Source: a virus. Taken from it: 64,000 nt of DNA. Below the pieces are notes generated by a model. It saw only the letters and a list, made by a program, of their open reading frames with translations, did no database searches and was not told the origin of the DNA. This document shows, one piece after another, positions 1 to 9,580 of this stretch. The stretch lies in the IMG/VR virus record IMGVR_UViG_3300013233_000167, positions 10,461-74,460 of that record; one strand, written 5' to 3'. Each line of letters starts with the position of its first letter. The stretch's first letter is position 1. Both the position numbers and the translations under genes were made by a program.

Positions 1-1208
1 CGATCCATAACTTCACTGCGCTCATCGTCCGACAGCCGCACCTTACCTCGTTTGAGCACATTCATCGCTGGCACGCGGACCTTCTCGTCCACGAACCTCA
101 CCGGACCGAGGCCCGGGGTCGCGTCTAAGTAACGGTGCAGGGCGCGAGGGTATTCGAGCAAGGGCTCGACCTCCACTTCCGTGACGGTCGCGCGCACCGT
201 GGGGTTGTGTCCCCACGTACGCAGCGCGATTAGCTTTCGAGACGCGCATCCCGTCTCGTCGATCAACGGCGCGTTGTTACGGCGCGTCCGTTCGATGAAC
301 GTCACGACCTTCCGACAACGCTCCCACGTTTCGTCCGTCCACTCTCGGAGTGGAGTCGCCTTCATGCTAAGCACGTATCGCGCGGCCTTCTTGCCTTCGA
401 GCAACGGACCGCGCTTGGAACGTCGCGTCGTGGCGATCGCTTCGCGCAGTGCGGACGACCGCAGATGTGCTCGCAACTCACCGGCTCGCATGTTCACAAG
501 CCGTTGGAACTTCTCGTATAGCTGCGCACGGTCACGACTCAGATCCGCCTCGGATCCGCTGCGGTTCCGCTGCGGTAAGTGCGCGGGACGCCAGTGCTCT
601 TCAAGATCCGGTGCCTCCCAGATGTCGAACGTCTCGAACAACTCAAACGCATCGTCGCCTTCCAAAAAATCGAGCCACGCTTCGTCGATCGACTCCTGAG
701 CGCCACCACCAGCATCCGCTCCCTGCGGGTCCTCAGCGCCCGTCTGCGATCCGGGTCTCTCGTCATCGGCGGGCTCTTCGGGCGGAGGCTCTTCGCCTCC
801 CGGGGCAGCCGGAACCGTAGGCTGGTCAGGGTCGTCCACAATACCGGGAGAACGTACCTCGCCGGTCGGCGTCACGATCAGGGTCTTGACCTTGAACTGA
901 CGCTTGGTCTTCGACATCGCGGTCGGCGATTCGTCACCCACCGAGATGCGCATGTCGTAGTACGCCTGGAGGTCGTCGCGGTAGAAGGGCGGATCGTCCA
1001 TGCGATCGTCCGTCTCCGGCTCCTGCGGGGGCGGTCCCTCACCGTCCGGCGGACCGTCCTCTCCGTCTCCGGGCTTCGGCTTCTCCTCGTCGTCTGCCTT
1101 GGGCTTCTCGTCCTTGCTCTTGTCGTCCTTAGGCTTCGGCTTCTCCTCGCCGTCCTTTTCGGGCGGCCCCGTCTCCTTCTTCTTGGAGGCGGGGCTTACG
1201 CCTTTTTT
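1..1208 (-). CDS. C-terminal frame (partial, runs off window) of a probable -1 frameshift fusion protein; acidic/Pro-rich linker plus DUF3140-like domain
   Basis: Frame is open from 1208 to base 1: KKGVSPASKKKETGPPEKDGEEK...LYEKFQRLVNMRAGELRAHL...WERCRKVVTFIERT...LIALRTWGHNP. The VNM...WGH(N/D)P pattern resembles DUF3140 as recalled. First in-frame ATG is only at 1001. Absent from the ORF track because it lacks a stop inside the window. Confidence 0.75.
1166..1208 (-). promoter_or_regulatory. programmed -1 ribosomal frameshift signal
   Basis: In-frame A AAA AAG (1208-1202), 6-nt spacer GCGTAA containing the 0-frame stop, then hairpin GCCCCGCCTCC-AAGAAGAA-GGAGACGGGGC (1195-1166; 10 of 11 bp pair). 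Confidence 0.75.
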
Positions 1209-3289
1209 CCGTCGCCTTCTTCGTCAGCGGCCTCGTACGCACGACGCGACGCCGCGCCAGGGTGATCGGATTCCGTGGTGAAGTACCGCTTGAAAATCTG
1301 GAGCGCCATCTGCTCGCCGCTCAAGCGCGAAAGGACCAAGAAAAACATGAGCGAAGCGTTGCTCGGGACTTCTTGAAGGTAGCTGTGGAGCTTCGGGTAC
1401 ACGCGCGCGAGGTTACGCAGGAAGATCTGGAACGCTCTCTTCGGCTGCCGCGACACCACGTCTTGTGCGTCCGGGATCGCGGAGGCGTCGTCGGCGTTGA
1501 GGCCGAAGAACTTGGGCAGCGCCTCTCTCGGGATCGACGCGATGGCCTTCCGAGTACGCTTGAACACCGCGTCCTGCGGACCCTTGAAGTCGGGCATCTC
1601 CCTCTTGAACATCCGCAGCGCCTTGCCCGAGACCTTGAACGCGCCCTTGCGTGCGGGCTTCTCCTCTCTGTCGAATCCGAGCGTTGGCGTCTCCTTCTGC
1701 CGCTCGATCAGCTCACGCGACAACGAGCCGAAGACTCCCATGCGGAGCTGGTGCCAATGCTCGCTGCCCTGCTCCACGTCGGGGTACTGCTCGTCCACCA
1801 TCTCGCCCGCGCGCTCCAACAGGGCGTCGCGTTCGTCTCGTTCATCAAGCGCCTCCAAACGCTCGCTGTTGTTCTCCTCGATGAGCGTATCGCGCTCGTC
1901 CGTGTGCTCGGTCTCTCCCTCAATGAGCGTCGGGCGCGCGCACGGGACTCCACACTCAGCCGCGTAGTCACGCAGGTACGACTCGACCATGAGGTCGCGT
2001 TCGGCGGGAAGCTCCTCGTACATCTCGCCGAGTGCCGCGATCCCTTCCAGAACTTCATCGTACGGATGGGGCACCACCCATGCGGCATCGCGCACCGACA
2101 CGACCGTCTGGCCGTCCTCGTGCACCACGCCCCACGCGCCGTAGTCCGAGCTGACCGCTTGGGCCTCTTCGTCCACGGCGTCTTCCACTCCTTCCGACAG
2201 ACCTTCCTGACGCGCCTCCCACGAGTCACACGTCATCTCCGGTCCGACACCGTATGCGTACAGCGTGCAGTAGTAGTCATCGCCATGCTTGGCGCGGTAG
2301 TAGCGACACATCGCGCACGCACCGTGCGCAGTCTCACCATCACCGACGATGCGATAGTTGCGCGGGCGCTGCGGAGCTTTGTCGTACTCGACGTACGCCT
2401 CATCGAGCGACTCGACCTCGGGCATCCACGTCCGTTCGTCTTCCGATACCCAGGTTATGCCGTTCGGGTCTTTGACGCACGCGCCATCGTCAACGCTCAC
2501 CAACGTCTCGAAGATGTCGTCACCTGCGACCACGCAAAGCGCCGCGCGGCTGAGTCCGCCTTGTTCGCACACCGCGTCGTACTCATCGCGCGAGTCCGGT
2601 AGCAGTGACTCCATGCTCTGCTTCACGCCCGGCAACTTCACATCACCGCTATTCTCTCCGCTCGGCTTGTCGGTCTGCAATTCCGGATCCTTCTGCTCCT
2701 TCGCGGATCCGGTCGCCGTGCAGTCGAGGATCGTGAACTCGAACGTCTCTTCTCCGTTGTGCTCGCCCGCTTCGATCAGCTTCTCGAACGTCGTGAACCC
2801 CGCGATGCCCGCGCGCATCTTGCGCACCTCTTCGGAGTTGATCTTTCCCTCGAAGATAGCGAGGTACTTGTTGCCCTTCTCCAACACCGTCTCGACGAAC
2901 CGCTCGAAGAGATGTCCGCTCGACTTGATGATCCAACCTTCCATCTGCGTCGCGGCGACGCCGTTCTTAGAACGTGAGTATTCGGGACGCTTATTGATGA
3001 AGTGCGTGGCGAACGCGCGCACATCCTTACGATCAACCTCTTTCGCGTCGTCCGGGTTTCCGCTTCCATCGGTCGCGTGTGTGTGTTGTGCAGCGAACTC
3101 CAAGATCGCGCCGACGTATCCCGGGTGGTGCTTGTTCTCGTCCTCGGGGATCGCGTCGGGATCGAGCTGGAAGAGCTTCTCTTCGAGACCCTCGCGTCCA
3201 CGGAGCGCCTTGGTGGCCTTGCGGAATGACTCGCCAATCTTACGAGCGGCGAACAGGGTGCGTTGATACGTTTTCTTGAGCGAAGACAT
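1196..3289 (-). CDS. large acidic hypothetical protein with a Cys cluster (possibly virion/head associated)
   Basis: Long ORF; start MSSLKK at 3289 has SD GAGGAG; contains CAMCRYY...YCTLY...TCDSW. Virion role inferred only from position near head genes. Confidence 0.8.
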   Translation of the reverse strand: MSSLKKTYQRTLFAARKIGESFRKATKALRGREGLEEKLFQLDPDAIPEDENKHHPGYVGAILEFAAQHTHATDGSGNPDDAKEVDRKDVRAFATHFINKRPEYSRSKNGVAATQMEGWIIKSSGHLFERFVETVLEKGNKYLAIFEGKINSEEVRKMRAGIAGFTTFEKLIEAGEHNGEETFEFTILDCTATGSAKEQKDPELQTDKPSGENSGDVKLPGVKQSMESLLPDSRDEYDAVCEQGGLSRAALCVVAGDDIFETLVSVDDGACVKDPNGITWVSEDERTWMPEVESLDEAYVEYDKAPQRPRNYRIVGDGETAHGACAMCRYYRAKHGDDYYCTLYAYGVGPEMTCDSWEARQEGLSEGVEDAVDEEAQAVSSDYGAWGVVHEDGQTVVSVRDAAWVVPHPYDEVLEGIAALGEMYEELPAERDLMVESYLRDYAAECGVPCARPTLIEGETEHTDERDTLIEENNSERLEALDERDERDALLERAGEMVDEQYPDVEQGSEHWHQLRMGVFGSLSRELIERQKETPTLGFDREEKPARKGAFKVSGKALRMFKREMPDFKGPQDAVFKRTRKAIASIPREALPKFFGLNADDASAIPDAQDVVSRQPKRAFQIFLRNLARVYPKLHSYLQEVPSNASLMFFLVLSRLSGEQMALQIFKRYFTTESDHPGAASRRAYEAADEEGDGKKA

Positions 3290-3389
3290 CGCGTCTCCTC
3301 GTCGCGGGGTTGCGGGCAGAGGCGAAGGGGGAATCCCAACAGCCATAGAATGCCACGCGACGAGGTGCACGTCTACAGGGCAGGTCCGT

Positions 3390-3406
3390 CTGGACCCAGC
3401 GTCCAG
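3390..3406. promoter_or_regulatory. 17-bp imperfect palindrome CTGGAC-CCAGC-GTCCAG, copy 1
   Basis: Identical copies at 25816 and (reverse-complemented) 38238; one-mismatch copy at 41082. Confidence 0.7.
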
Positions 3407-3408
3407 GA

Positions 3409-3927
3409 TCAGCCCCCGAGGGGTCTCCCGGCGTGGTCGATGAGCTGCTGAGCCGCGCCCGGACCGACGACAGCGAGGCGACTCTGTTGCGCTTGGCTCC
3501 ACTGCGCGAACTCACGGCGGAAGCTCTCCTCCGCCTGCGCGGCACCGCGCTTGTTGAACTCCTCGAACTTCTCCCACGCCTCCGCGACCGTCTCCACGTA
3601 GATGTTGAATCGGTACTCGCGGCGAACCTGACCCATGCCTTGCGGCGGCGGGGGCGTGTTGGCAGTCAGCATCCCGAGCCCCTGGAACTTGCTCCACTTC
3701 TCCGGCGGAGAACCTTCCGTGATGTCGAACTCGATCATGCTGAGGCGGCCCAGCTCGCGGCCCGTCTCGGGGTGGCAGTCGTAGCGATGATGAACAGTCT
3801 CGCGCACGCAGAAGCGCAATGGCTGGTTCACCGCCACGTCAGCGGAACCGGCCTGAGAGGACACGCTGCCTTCGATCTGTTTGCTAGGGCCTTTGGGTGC
3901 TTCGTCGGTTTCTTGGTCGTCGGTCAT
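3409..3927 (-). CDS. hypothetical protein
   Basis: SD AGGAG before ATG; fits the minus-strand gene string. Confidence 0.75.
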   Translation of the reverse strand: MTDDQETDEAPKGPSKQIEGSVSSQAGSADVAVNQPLRFCVRETVHHRYDCHPETGRELGRLSMIEFDITEGSPPEKWSKFQGLGMLTANTPPPPQGMGQVRREYRFNIYVETVAEAWEKFEEFNKRGAAQAEESFRREFAQWSQAQQSRLAVVGPGAAQQLIDHAGRPLGG

Positions 3928-3940
3928 GTGGTTCTCCTAG

Positions 3941-4414
3941 TCATTTCTTCCAGTTGGTTTGGACCACGAGGCCCAGATGTTCTTGTTCCCACTCTAAGCG
4001 CTTCTCGATCGCAAGACGACGTGCACCCCGCACTCCATTCGCTGCCACCGAGTAGCTAGTATGCAAAACTCGACCATTCGCACGCAAGTAAACGTGGAAG
4101 TCGTCGTAGTCCACGGCCCGCCCATGACGGTTCACCGTCTTCCTACGGGTCACGCCCGATGGCAAGTTGCCCTTGGTGCGCTTCCGACCCACCGGCCACC
4201 GAAAACATTGCGCCGGTCCTAACTTCTCCCGCGTCTCTTCGACCCACTCCCTAGCGCACGCTTTTCCCTTACAAATACTACGGTTACTCGCATCGCCGAA
4301 CCACTTCGAGTAACGCTTTCCGCTTCGCATCACACGCGCGTACCACCCATGCTGTGATCGCCAACGGCCATTTGACTGTCGGTACTCTTGGTCTATCCGC
4401 AAGACGCCGTTCAC
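3941..4414 (-). CDS. AP2-domain DNA-binding protein
   Basis: Two AP2-like segments: WYARVMRSGKRYSKWFGD and YSVAANGVRGARRLAIEKRLEWE. Confidence 0.6.
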   Translation of the reverse strand: MNGVLRIDQEYRQSNGRWRSQHGWYARVMRSGKRYSKWFGDASNRSICKGKACAREWVEETREKLGPAQCFRWPVGRKRTKGNLPSGVTRRKTVNRHGRAVDYDDFHVYLRANGRVLHTSYSVAANGVRGARRLAIEKRLEWEQEHLGLVVQTNWKK

Positions 4415-4818
4415 GATGCAATAACCGGATCGAACGCAGACATGTGCGCAGCCGCGATGTCATACAAGCGCTCCACCACACGCTGAAAAATCAGCGCGCT
4501 GTTCCGGCCGCAGAAGTGAAGCTGATAATCGTCACCCTGCCCAACCGTAAGATCCATGCAGCCGTCCCACTTCAACGACCCATACATGAACACTTGCGCG
4601 TCGTCCAACCCGGTCGAGAAGGTCAACGGAGAGTCGGCCCCCTGTTGCGTGAACTGCACCGGACCCTTCCCGTTGACGGGACCTGCGACGATCTCCAATA
4701 TCACGTAATTCATCCAGCGCGTGCCGATGCAGCAGAACACGACGAACTCATCCTTCAAAGTCGCTTCATCCAACGGAGGAAACGCTCGCGGCATCTGGCT
4801 AGGCGTAAGATCTAACAT
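4411..4818 (-). CDS. hypothetical protein
   Basis: Start MLDLTP overlaps the thyX stop; protein-like composition. Confidence 0.65.
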   Translation of the reverse strand: MLDLTPSQMPRAFPPLDEATLKDEFVVFCCIGTRWMNYVILEIVAGPVNGKGPVQFTQQGADSPLTFSTGLDDAQVFMYGSLKWDGCMDLTVGQGDDYQLHFCGRNSALIFQRVVERLYDIAAAHMSAFDPVIAS

Positions 4819-5981
4819 CCCGCGACGACCTCCCCTATCCCATCGGTCGAGGGCACGAGATTGAATTCCGCGAAGTCCTCGACCCACTTCGTCGTCTTGA
4901 GGGCTCGAAGAACGTAGCCGTACAGCACGCGGATCTCAGCGTCGGCGTAAGGAGAGCAACGCATGGCGATCATGCGCTTCCACTGCGCCACGGACGCGGA
5001 AAAGATCAGCTCGGTGTGGAGCGCGTTGCCGAGGTAGCCGCGAGCTGCGCCGCGCGCTTGTTTGCGCGCGGTGTGCTTGTCGATGCCCTGCGCCTCGCAG
5101 GCCGCTTGCAGTTTGTATGCCGCGTCCCGATAGACCCAGCGCGCGTAACCCTCCGCCGCATGGGGTTCCTCCGAACCGTAGAAACCCACCTTACGCGGTC
5201 TCGGATCCTCTGAGCTGTCCGTACGCAAACGCTCAACGTCGTCGTTGTATCGCGTGGTCAACGGATGCTCCACCCACGGGCTGTCGCTCTCGTCCACATA
5301 CCGAGTGCTGCGTTGACTGACAGCCGTGCGAAACTTGTGACGCACTTGCTCGTGGCTCATGCCACGCGATCCTCCGAGCAACAGCGACACCCACGCCTGC
5401 TCCTGACTGACCGGGATTACATTCTCCCAGTACAGATTGGCCTGCGGTCCTACATCCAGATTCTCTGGCGCATCCACGATTTGCGGAGCGAGTATGTGGG
5501 CTTCTTTTCTAAGAATCCAAGGGAGCCACTTTTCGATGCGCGCATCGACTCCAATCTGCGGCGTCCAGTCATCCCACTCCACCACGGCACGCAAGTTACT
5601 CGTGATGTACACCTCGTCGATCTCAGGCAGATAATTCTCAATCCACACACCCGGACGATTCGCAAGAGCCACCACGAAATCCGACGAGCGAAGAAAATCA
5701 CCCTCGTCCACAACGTCGCAGTCATAGTTGAGATGTAGACAGATAGTAAAATTCGCGTGCTCCCACACGGAGCCGTGACCGACCTCCGCGATGTGCTTGT
5801 GATACGCGGCCGAGCTACGCCCCTTGCCGAGCGAGTCATAACAGACGCGCCCAGCAAGCTCGACGAGCCGCTCCAGCGTCGTGCCTTGAAGCTGGTCGTC
5901 CTTGGGGGTTCCCATGCGCGCGGGCGCGTGAGTCTCGTCGCCGTCGAAGACGACCTCTGCATAGATATTCTCGTCATACAT
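4812..5981 (-). CDS. thyX: flavin-dependent thymidylate synthase
   Basis: AGRVCYDS, GHGSVWEH, SHEQVRH...SQRSTRY, AARGYL and RCSPYADAEIR motifs. Confidence 0.92.
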   Translation of the reverse strand: MYDENIYAEVVFDGDETHAPARMGTPKDDQLQGTTLERLVELAGRVCYDSLGKGRSSAAYHKHIAEVGHGSVWEHANFTICLHLNYDCDVVDEGDFLRSSDFVVALANRPGVWIENYLPEIDEVYITSNLRAVVEWDDWTPQIGVDARIEKWLPWILRKEAHILAPQIVDAPENLDVGPQANLYWENVIPVSQEQAWVSLLLGGSRGMSHEQVRHKFRTAVSQRSTRYVDESDSPWVEHPLTTRYNDDVERLRTDSSEDPRPRKVGFYGSEEPHAAEGYARWVYRDAAYKLQAACEAQGIDKHTARKQARGAARGYLGNALHTELIFSASVAQWKRMIAMRCSPYADAEIRVLYGYVLRALKTTKWVEDFAEFNLVPSTDGIGEVVAGC

Positions 5982-6026
5982 TAGAATGACCTCCTCGATG
6001 AGAAGGGAATGGGGAGCGGTCTAGTC

Positions 6027-6740
6027 TTATTCGACGCGGGGTCCGAACTCCAGGAAAGCATCGTGGACGCGGACGGCGAAGTCGCCTTGCGGATCGCTAC
6101 CCAGCTCTTCGGCCAGGTATCCCACGACCTCTTCGTCCACGATGCCGATCGCCATCTTCGGATCCATGCAGCGCGCCACGAACGGGCACGGTCCCGCAAA
6201 GTCCTCCACCTGAGAAGCGTGCTGCACGTACATGATGAAAACGGTGTCGCCGTCCTCGTCCATGTCCGGGTTGATGCGCATCCCCACGAGCGTCAGCAAC
6301 GCACTCGTCGGTCCCGCATCCTCCTCGGGCAGCGGCGTCGTGATCCACTGACGGAGCTGGTCCATCACGGTCGCGCGGTTGAACGCTGCGATCTGCATCT
6401 GCGTACCCTGCACCGCCTTGTGATAGGTGAGCATGAAGCCGCCTTGCTGAATCAGCTTGCCCTCCTTGACGCGCAGCACCTTCGAGATGTTGAAGATGCT
6501 GCCCTGAATGACCGTCGCCTCCGGCCACGCATAGTCAACTCCCCGCTTTATCTGGGGAGCACTTGACAGGTCGGACGGTTCGGGTTGTCCGAGGAACATG
6601 TGCACGGCCGTCGCCACCTCGCTGCTCTCGCGCGCGACGAGCGGCGTGCCAGGAGGGACGACGCACACAAATCCTCCTTCGATGCGCTGAACGTGCATCG
6701 AGCTGAACGGAGGTGTACTTGAGACGATTTCGATATTCAC
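6027..6740 (-). CDS. hypothetical protein
   Basis: Coupled ORF in the minus-strand string. Confidence 0.7.
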   Translation of the reverse strand: MNIEIVSSTPPFSSMHVQRIEGGFVCVVPPGTPLVARESSEVATAVHMFLGQPEPSDLSSAPQIKRGVDYAWPEATVIQGSIFNISKVLRVKEGKLIQQGGFMLTYHKAVQGTQMQIAAFNRATVMDQLRQWITTPLPEEDAGPTSALLTLVGMRINPDMDEDGDTVFIMYVQHASQVEDFAGPCPFVARCMDPKMAIGIVDEEVVGYLAEELGSDPQGDFAVRVHDAFLEFGPRVE

Positions 6741-7132
6741 GTCCGAGTCTCCTTCGCGCGGTCGAGAGGTCCGATCGGTACGGGCTGTCCGGCAGCAGCA
6801 GCCGCCACGTCTTCGGGCGGAAGCGGGGCCTGCGACAGTAGGATCATATAGCGAAACGGATCAGGCTGCATCTTGCGAGCGTACAGACAGTAGGCCGCCA
6901 ACGTGAGCCCCACGAGCCCGAGCGCCACGCCCTTGCCGGGCCGCTCCAAGAGACTGAGCGCCACACCGCCTCCGATGAGCGACAGGTACGCCCACATCGG
7001 ACAGCGCCACGTCAGCCACGCGAGCGCGCGACCCCACAGCGGGAAGGTGTCGGCGGCGCGCACCGGCATCTCCTCGTCGGGGTCGAAGCCTGCGTCGTCG
7101 TACAGTTGACTGAATCTCGGGTCAGTCGCCAT
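6737..7132 (-). CDS. small membrane protein
   Basis: Two hydrophobic stretches (WAYLSLIGGGVALSLL; VALGLVGLTLAAYCLY). Confidence 0.65.
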   Translation of the reverse strand: MATDPRFSQLYDDAGFDPDEEMPVRAADTFPLWGRALAWLTWRCPMWAYLSLIGGGVALSLLERPGKGVALGLVGLTLAAYCLYARKMQPDPFRYMILLSQAPLPPEDVAAAAAGQPVPIGPLDRAKETRT

Positions 7133-7448
7133 CGGGGTCCTCTTGGATCAAGCGGATGCAGTGATGCACGCCGTCGAGTCGCTGAATCGTTCGGTCCAGC
7201 TCCTCTTGATGATCTTGCAGCCACAAGCATCCGCACTCGTGACAGTAGATCGAGATCGAGGCGCTACGACCACTCCCTGCTGTGAGCTTGAGCCTGCGGC
7301 CCTCTGGCAGCTCCTCACAGCCCGCGCACGGCTTCTTGTGCCGCGTCGTCACGTCCTCGACCTCGATCCTCAAAGGTCCGTGGAAGAGGCCGTAGTGCTT
7401 CGGCTGAATGCGCTTGTTGCGGGGCTTCACGACACGAAGACTCCGCAC
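7122..7448 (-). CDS. hypothetical protein with CxxC pairs
   Basis: CAGC and CHEC pairs; GTG start is uncertain. Confidence 0.55.
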   Translation of the reverse strand: MRSLRVVKPRNKRIQPKHYGLFHGPLRIEVEDVTTRHKKPCAGCEELPEGRRLKLTAGSGRSASISIYCHECGCLWLQDHQEELDRTIQRLDGVHHCIRLIQEDPDGD

Positions 7449-7512
7449 GGGGGGTTGATCCTCGTAAGGAGTCTGTGAATGGGGTGGGGACTCGTTCGCG
7501 CCATAGGGCCGA

Positions 7513-8046
7513 TCAGTTCGCCTCGCGGATCATCGCCTTGTACTTGTCGTCCTTCGGCGTCGTATTCTGCAACACGGCGTCGGCGAACTGGTCGGCATTG
7601 AACTTCTCCCCGCGCTCTTCGGCGAGCTTCCTCGCCTGCTCGATGGCCTCGTCCTTCCACGCAGGCGTGCGCTTGCCCTTCTGCAAGTCGTAGTCCACGC
7701 GCAGCGGTCCTTCCTCGAACGAACCCCGAGCACGCATCCTCAGCGCGTTGGCGGCGAAGATCTTCTCCATGTCGCCCATCGCGCCCTTGGCGAACGCGGC
7801 GAACCGCGCGACCTCCATGTGCGTCTGCAATACCTCGCCGTCCTCTGGCAGTCCCGACAGCTCCTCGCGGAACGTATCGACCGCCTCCATGAGCGTCTCG
7901 GCTGCCGCTTGGATCGCGGACGGGTCGAGCAAGCTCCTGTTGGATTCTACGCGGATCACTTCCGCCGCTGCGGCCTTCGTCTTAGTCGCGGTCTTGCGCT
8001 TCGCTATCTTCTTCCGCGTCGCCGTCTTTTTCTTCGCCTGTGCCAT
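7513..8046 (-). CDS. hypothetical protein with Lys-rich N-terminus
   Basis: MAQAKKKTATRKK... start with SD GGAG; preceded by the conserved leader. Confidence 0.8.
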   Translation of the reverse strand: MAQAKKKTATRKKIAKRKTATKTKAAAAEVIRVESNRSLLDPSAIQAAAETLMEAVDTFREELSGLPEDGEVLQTHMEVARFAAFAKGAMGDMEKIFAANALRMRARGSFEEGPLRVDYDLQKGKRTPAWKDEAIEQARKLAEERGEKFNADQFADAVLQNTTPKDDKYKAMIREAN

Positions 8047-8056
8047 GCCTAGTCTC

Positions 8057-8157
8057 CGTTGTCTCACCCACGAGGGTATCTGGGTCCGGTCGTCAATCCC
8101 ACCGACAGAGTGCTGGTGGTTAGAAGTTGTATCGACTGTCGATCAGTCGTTTCTTTA
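8057..8157 (-). promoter_or_regulatory. sigma28-like promoter plus conserved 32-nt hairpin leader, copy 1
   Basis: TAAAG(8157-8153)-N16-GTCGATAC(8136-8129); CGGACCCAGA T ACCC TCGT GGGT GA GACAACG (8088-8057). Confidence 0.75.
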
Positions 8158-8352
8158 GGGGTTTTCGCGCTTGTCCGTGGCTTCGCCTTCCGTGACCTTG
8201 CCGCCGGGGTCCTTGGGCGCGACTCCTCCCGAGGTGAGTCCCCCGAGAGAGCTGTCCTCGACGAGTGCGCCGGGCTTGTTGACCTTGCCTTCGGTCACGT
8301 CCGCCTTGGCGTTCACGTCGCCGCCGATCACGTTGCGTTTCTCGTCTGTCAC
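8155..8352 (-). CDS. small hypothetical protein
   Basis: GTG start with SD AGGAG. Confidence 0.6.
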   Translation of the reverse strand: MTDEKRNVIGGDVNAKADVTEGKVNKPGALVEDSSLGGLTSGGVAPKDPGGKVTEGEATDKRENP

Positions 8353-8695
8353 GTTGCTCTCCTGTTGTCGTCTGCGTGCGCGCGACTCCGGACCGTCTCC
8401 CGACCGCCAACCGGCGGGGCGCGAGTTGATGGGTAGTCGCTGGCTCATCGTAGTGGAAGGGGTAAGAGAACCCCCGATGCTTTTGGGCCTCCCGGCTCGC
8501 TCTATGCACTGAGTTCACCGACCGATTCCCACGCCCTTCGGAGGCTCTCCGTAAGGATACCCCATTTCGAGGAAAGATGAGGGGCCGAGTTGAAGAATCA
8601 TCGACCCACGGACTACCACCGACCGCTGGGGGATTGGGGAGGGCCAGTACGGCCAGTAGAGGGGGGTATGTGTCGTCTCCGCGCCCGAGCGAATA

Positions 8696-9580
8696 CTACC
8701 GCCCTTTTCGCTTCGGGGCGTTGTTTCGGCGCTTGATCGACAGCAATTTTTTCAGGTGTTGCTCGCGCGTCGGACCCTCTGCGAGCACACGCAGCGCCTC
8801 GTCCGACCCCACCACCCTGACGAGCAGTCGATGGCGGCAATTCGTCAGACAGACCGTGAGGCCGCTGCGAGGCGTCGTCGGCAGATTCTTCTTGTGGTAT
8901 GGATTATTGTCCACGAGGTACTGACACGACTCACACACGCGCTTGTCCTTCTTGCCCACCCATCTGAACACCGAGGTTGCAGGCAAACCCATGACGCGCG
9001 CGGAATCGTAGAAGCTCTCCAGCGCGTCGATGTACATTCCGGTCCGACGGTCGAGCGGCATCTTATAGTCCTGCTCCGTCACCGCCTTGACGAACTTGTT
9101 GAGGAAGCGCATCTCGTGCTTGATCGCGCTCTTGAGCCACTTCTCATCTCCAGCCGAGAACTCAATGGGGTCGTGCGGGTTGCGCCCCCGTATTCCCGCT
9201 GACCTCACTCCCGCCACGAATACATCACGCCATGCACGCTTCATCACGCGCGACGAGTCTTGCTGAAAGTCCGTGTTCCAGGTCTCGCCGCGATCGTGCG
9301 CCATCACGAGCGGAAGCATCTCGGCGAACGCACGCTTCTTGATGCGCTTGAGCGCCCGCTTCCCAACCGTCACGCCCTTCTTGCGCGCGTTGGCGAACTC
9401 CTGCGGGCGGAGAAAGGAGTCCATCGTCTTGTCCTTGTCGAAAAAAACGAGATCGACCTCCTTGGCCGCGCCGACGTACTTGCCCTCATCGAGCGGCCAC
9501 CCCGCTTCCTCCGCAATCGTGAACGACGGTAGAAAGATGAACAGGTCGTCGTACTGAACGAGATCTCGAACGTCGGTCAT
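8696..9580 (-). CDS. phage head morphogenesis (MuF/gp7-like) protein
   Basis: C-terminal W...DKRVCESC...PRSG..CLTNCRHRL Cys motif; two genes downstream of the portal; start MTDVRD at 9580. Confidence 0.6.
   Translation of the reverse strand: MTDVRDLVQYDDLFIFLPSFTIAEEAGWPLDEGKYVGAAKEVDLVFFDKDKTMDSFLRPQEFANARKKGVTVGKRALKRIKKRAFAEMLPLVMAHDRGETWNTDFQQDSSRVMKRAWRDVFVAGVRSAGIRGRNPHDPIEFSAGDEKWLKSAIKHEMRFLNKFVKAVTEQDYKMPLDRRTGMYIDALESFYDSARVMGLPATSVFRWVGKKDKRVCESCQYLVDNNPYHKKNLPTTPRSGLTVCLTNCRHRLLVRVVGSDEALRVLAEGPTREQHLKKLLSIKRRNNAPKRKGR

Noticed and set aside
7427-7504. 25-aa ORF MARTSPHP... with a C6 run leading into the 7122..7448 frame
   Set aside because: Could be a slip or an indel, but a GTG start with an upstream GAGG explains the downstream gene; evidence is insufficient.
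8440-8690. Intergenic region as a possible tRNA or ncRNA
   Set aside because: No cloverleaf, T-loop or known RNA motif recognised by eye; a tRNA/Rfam scan would be needed.
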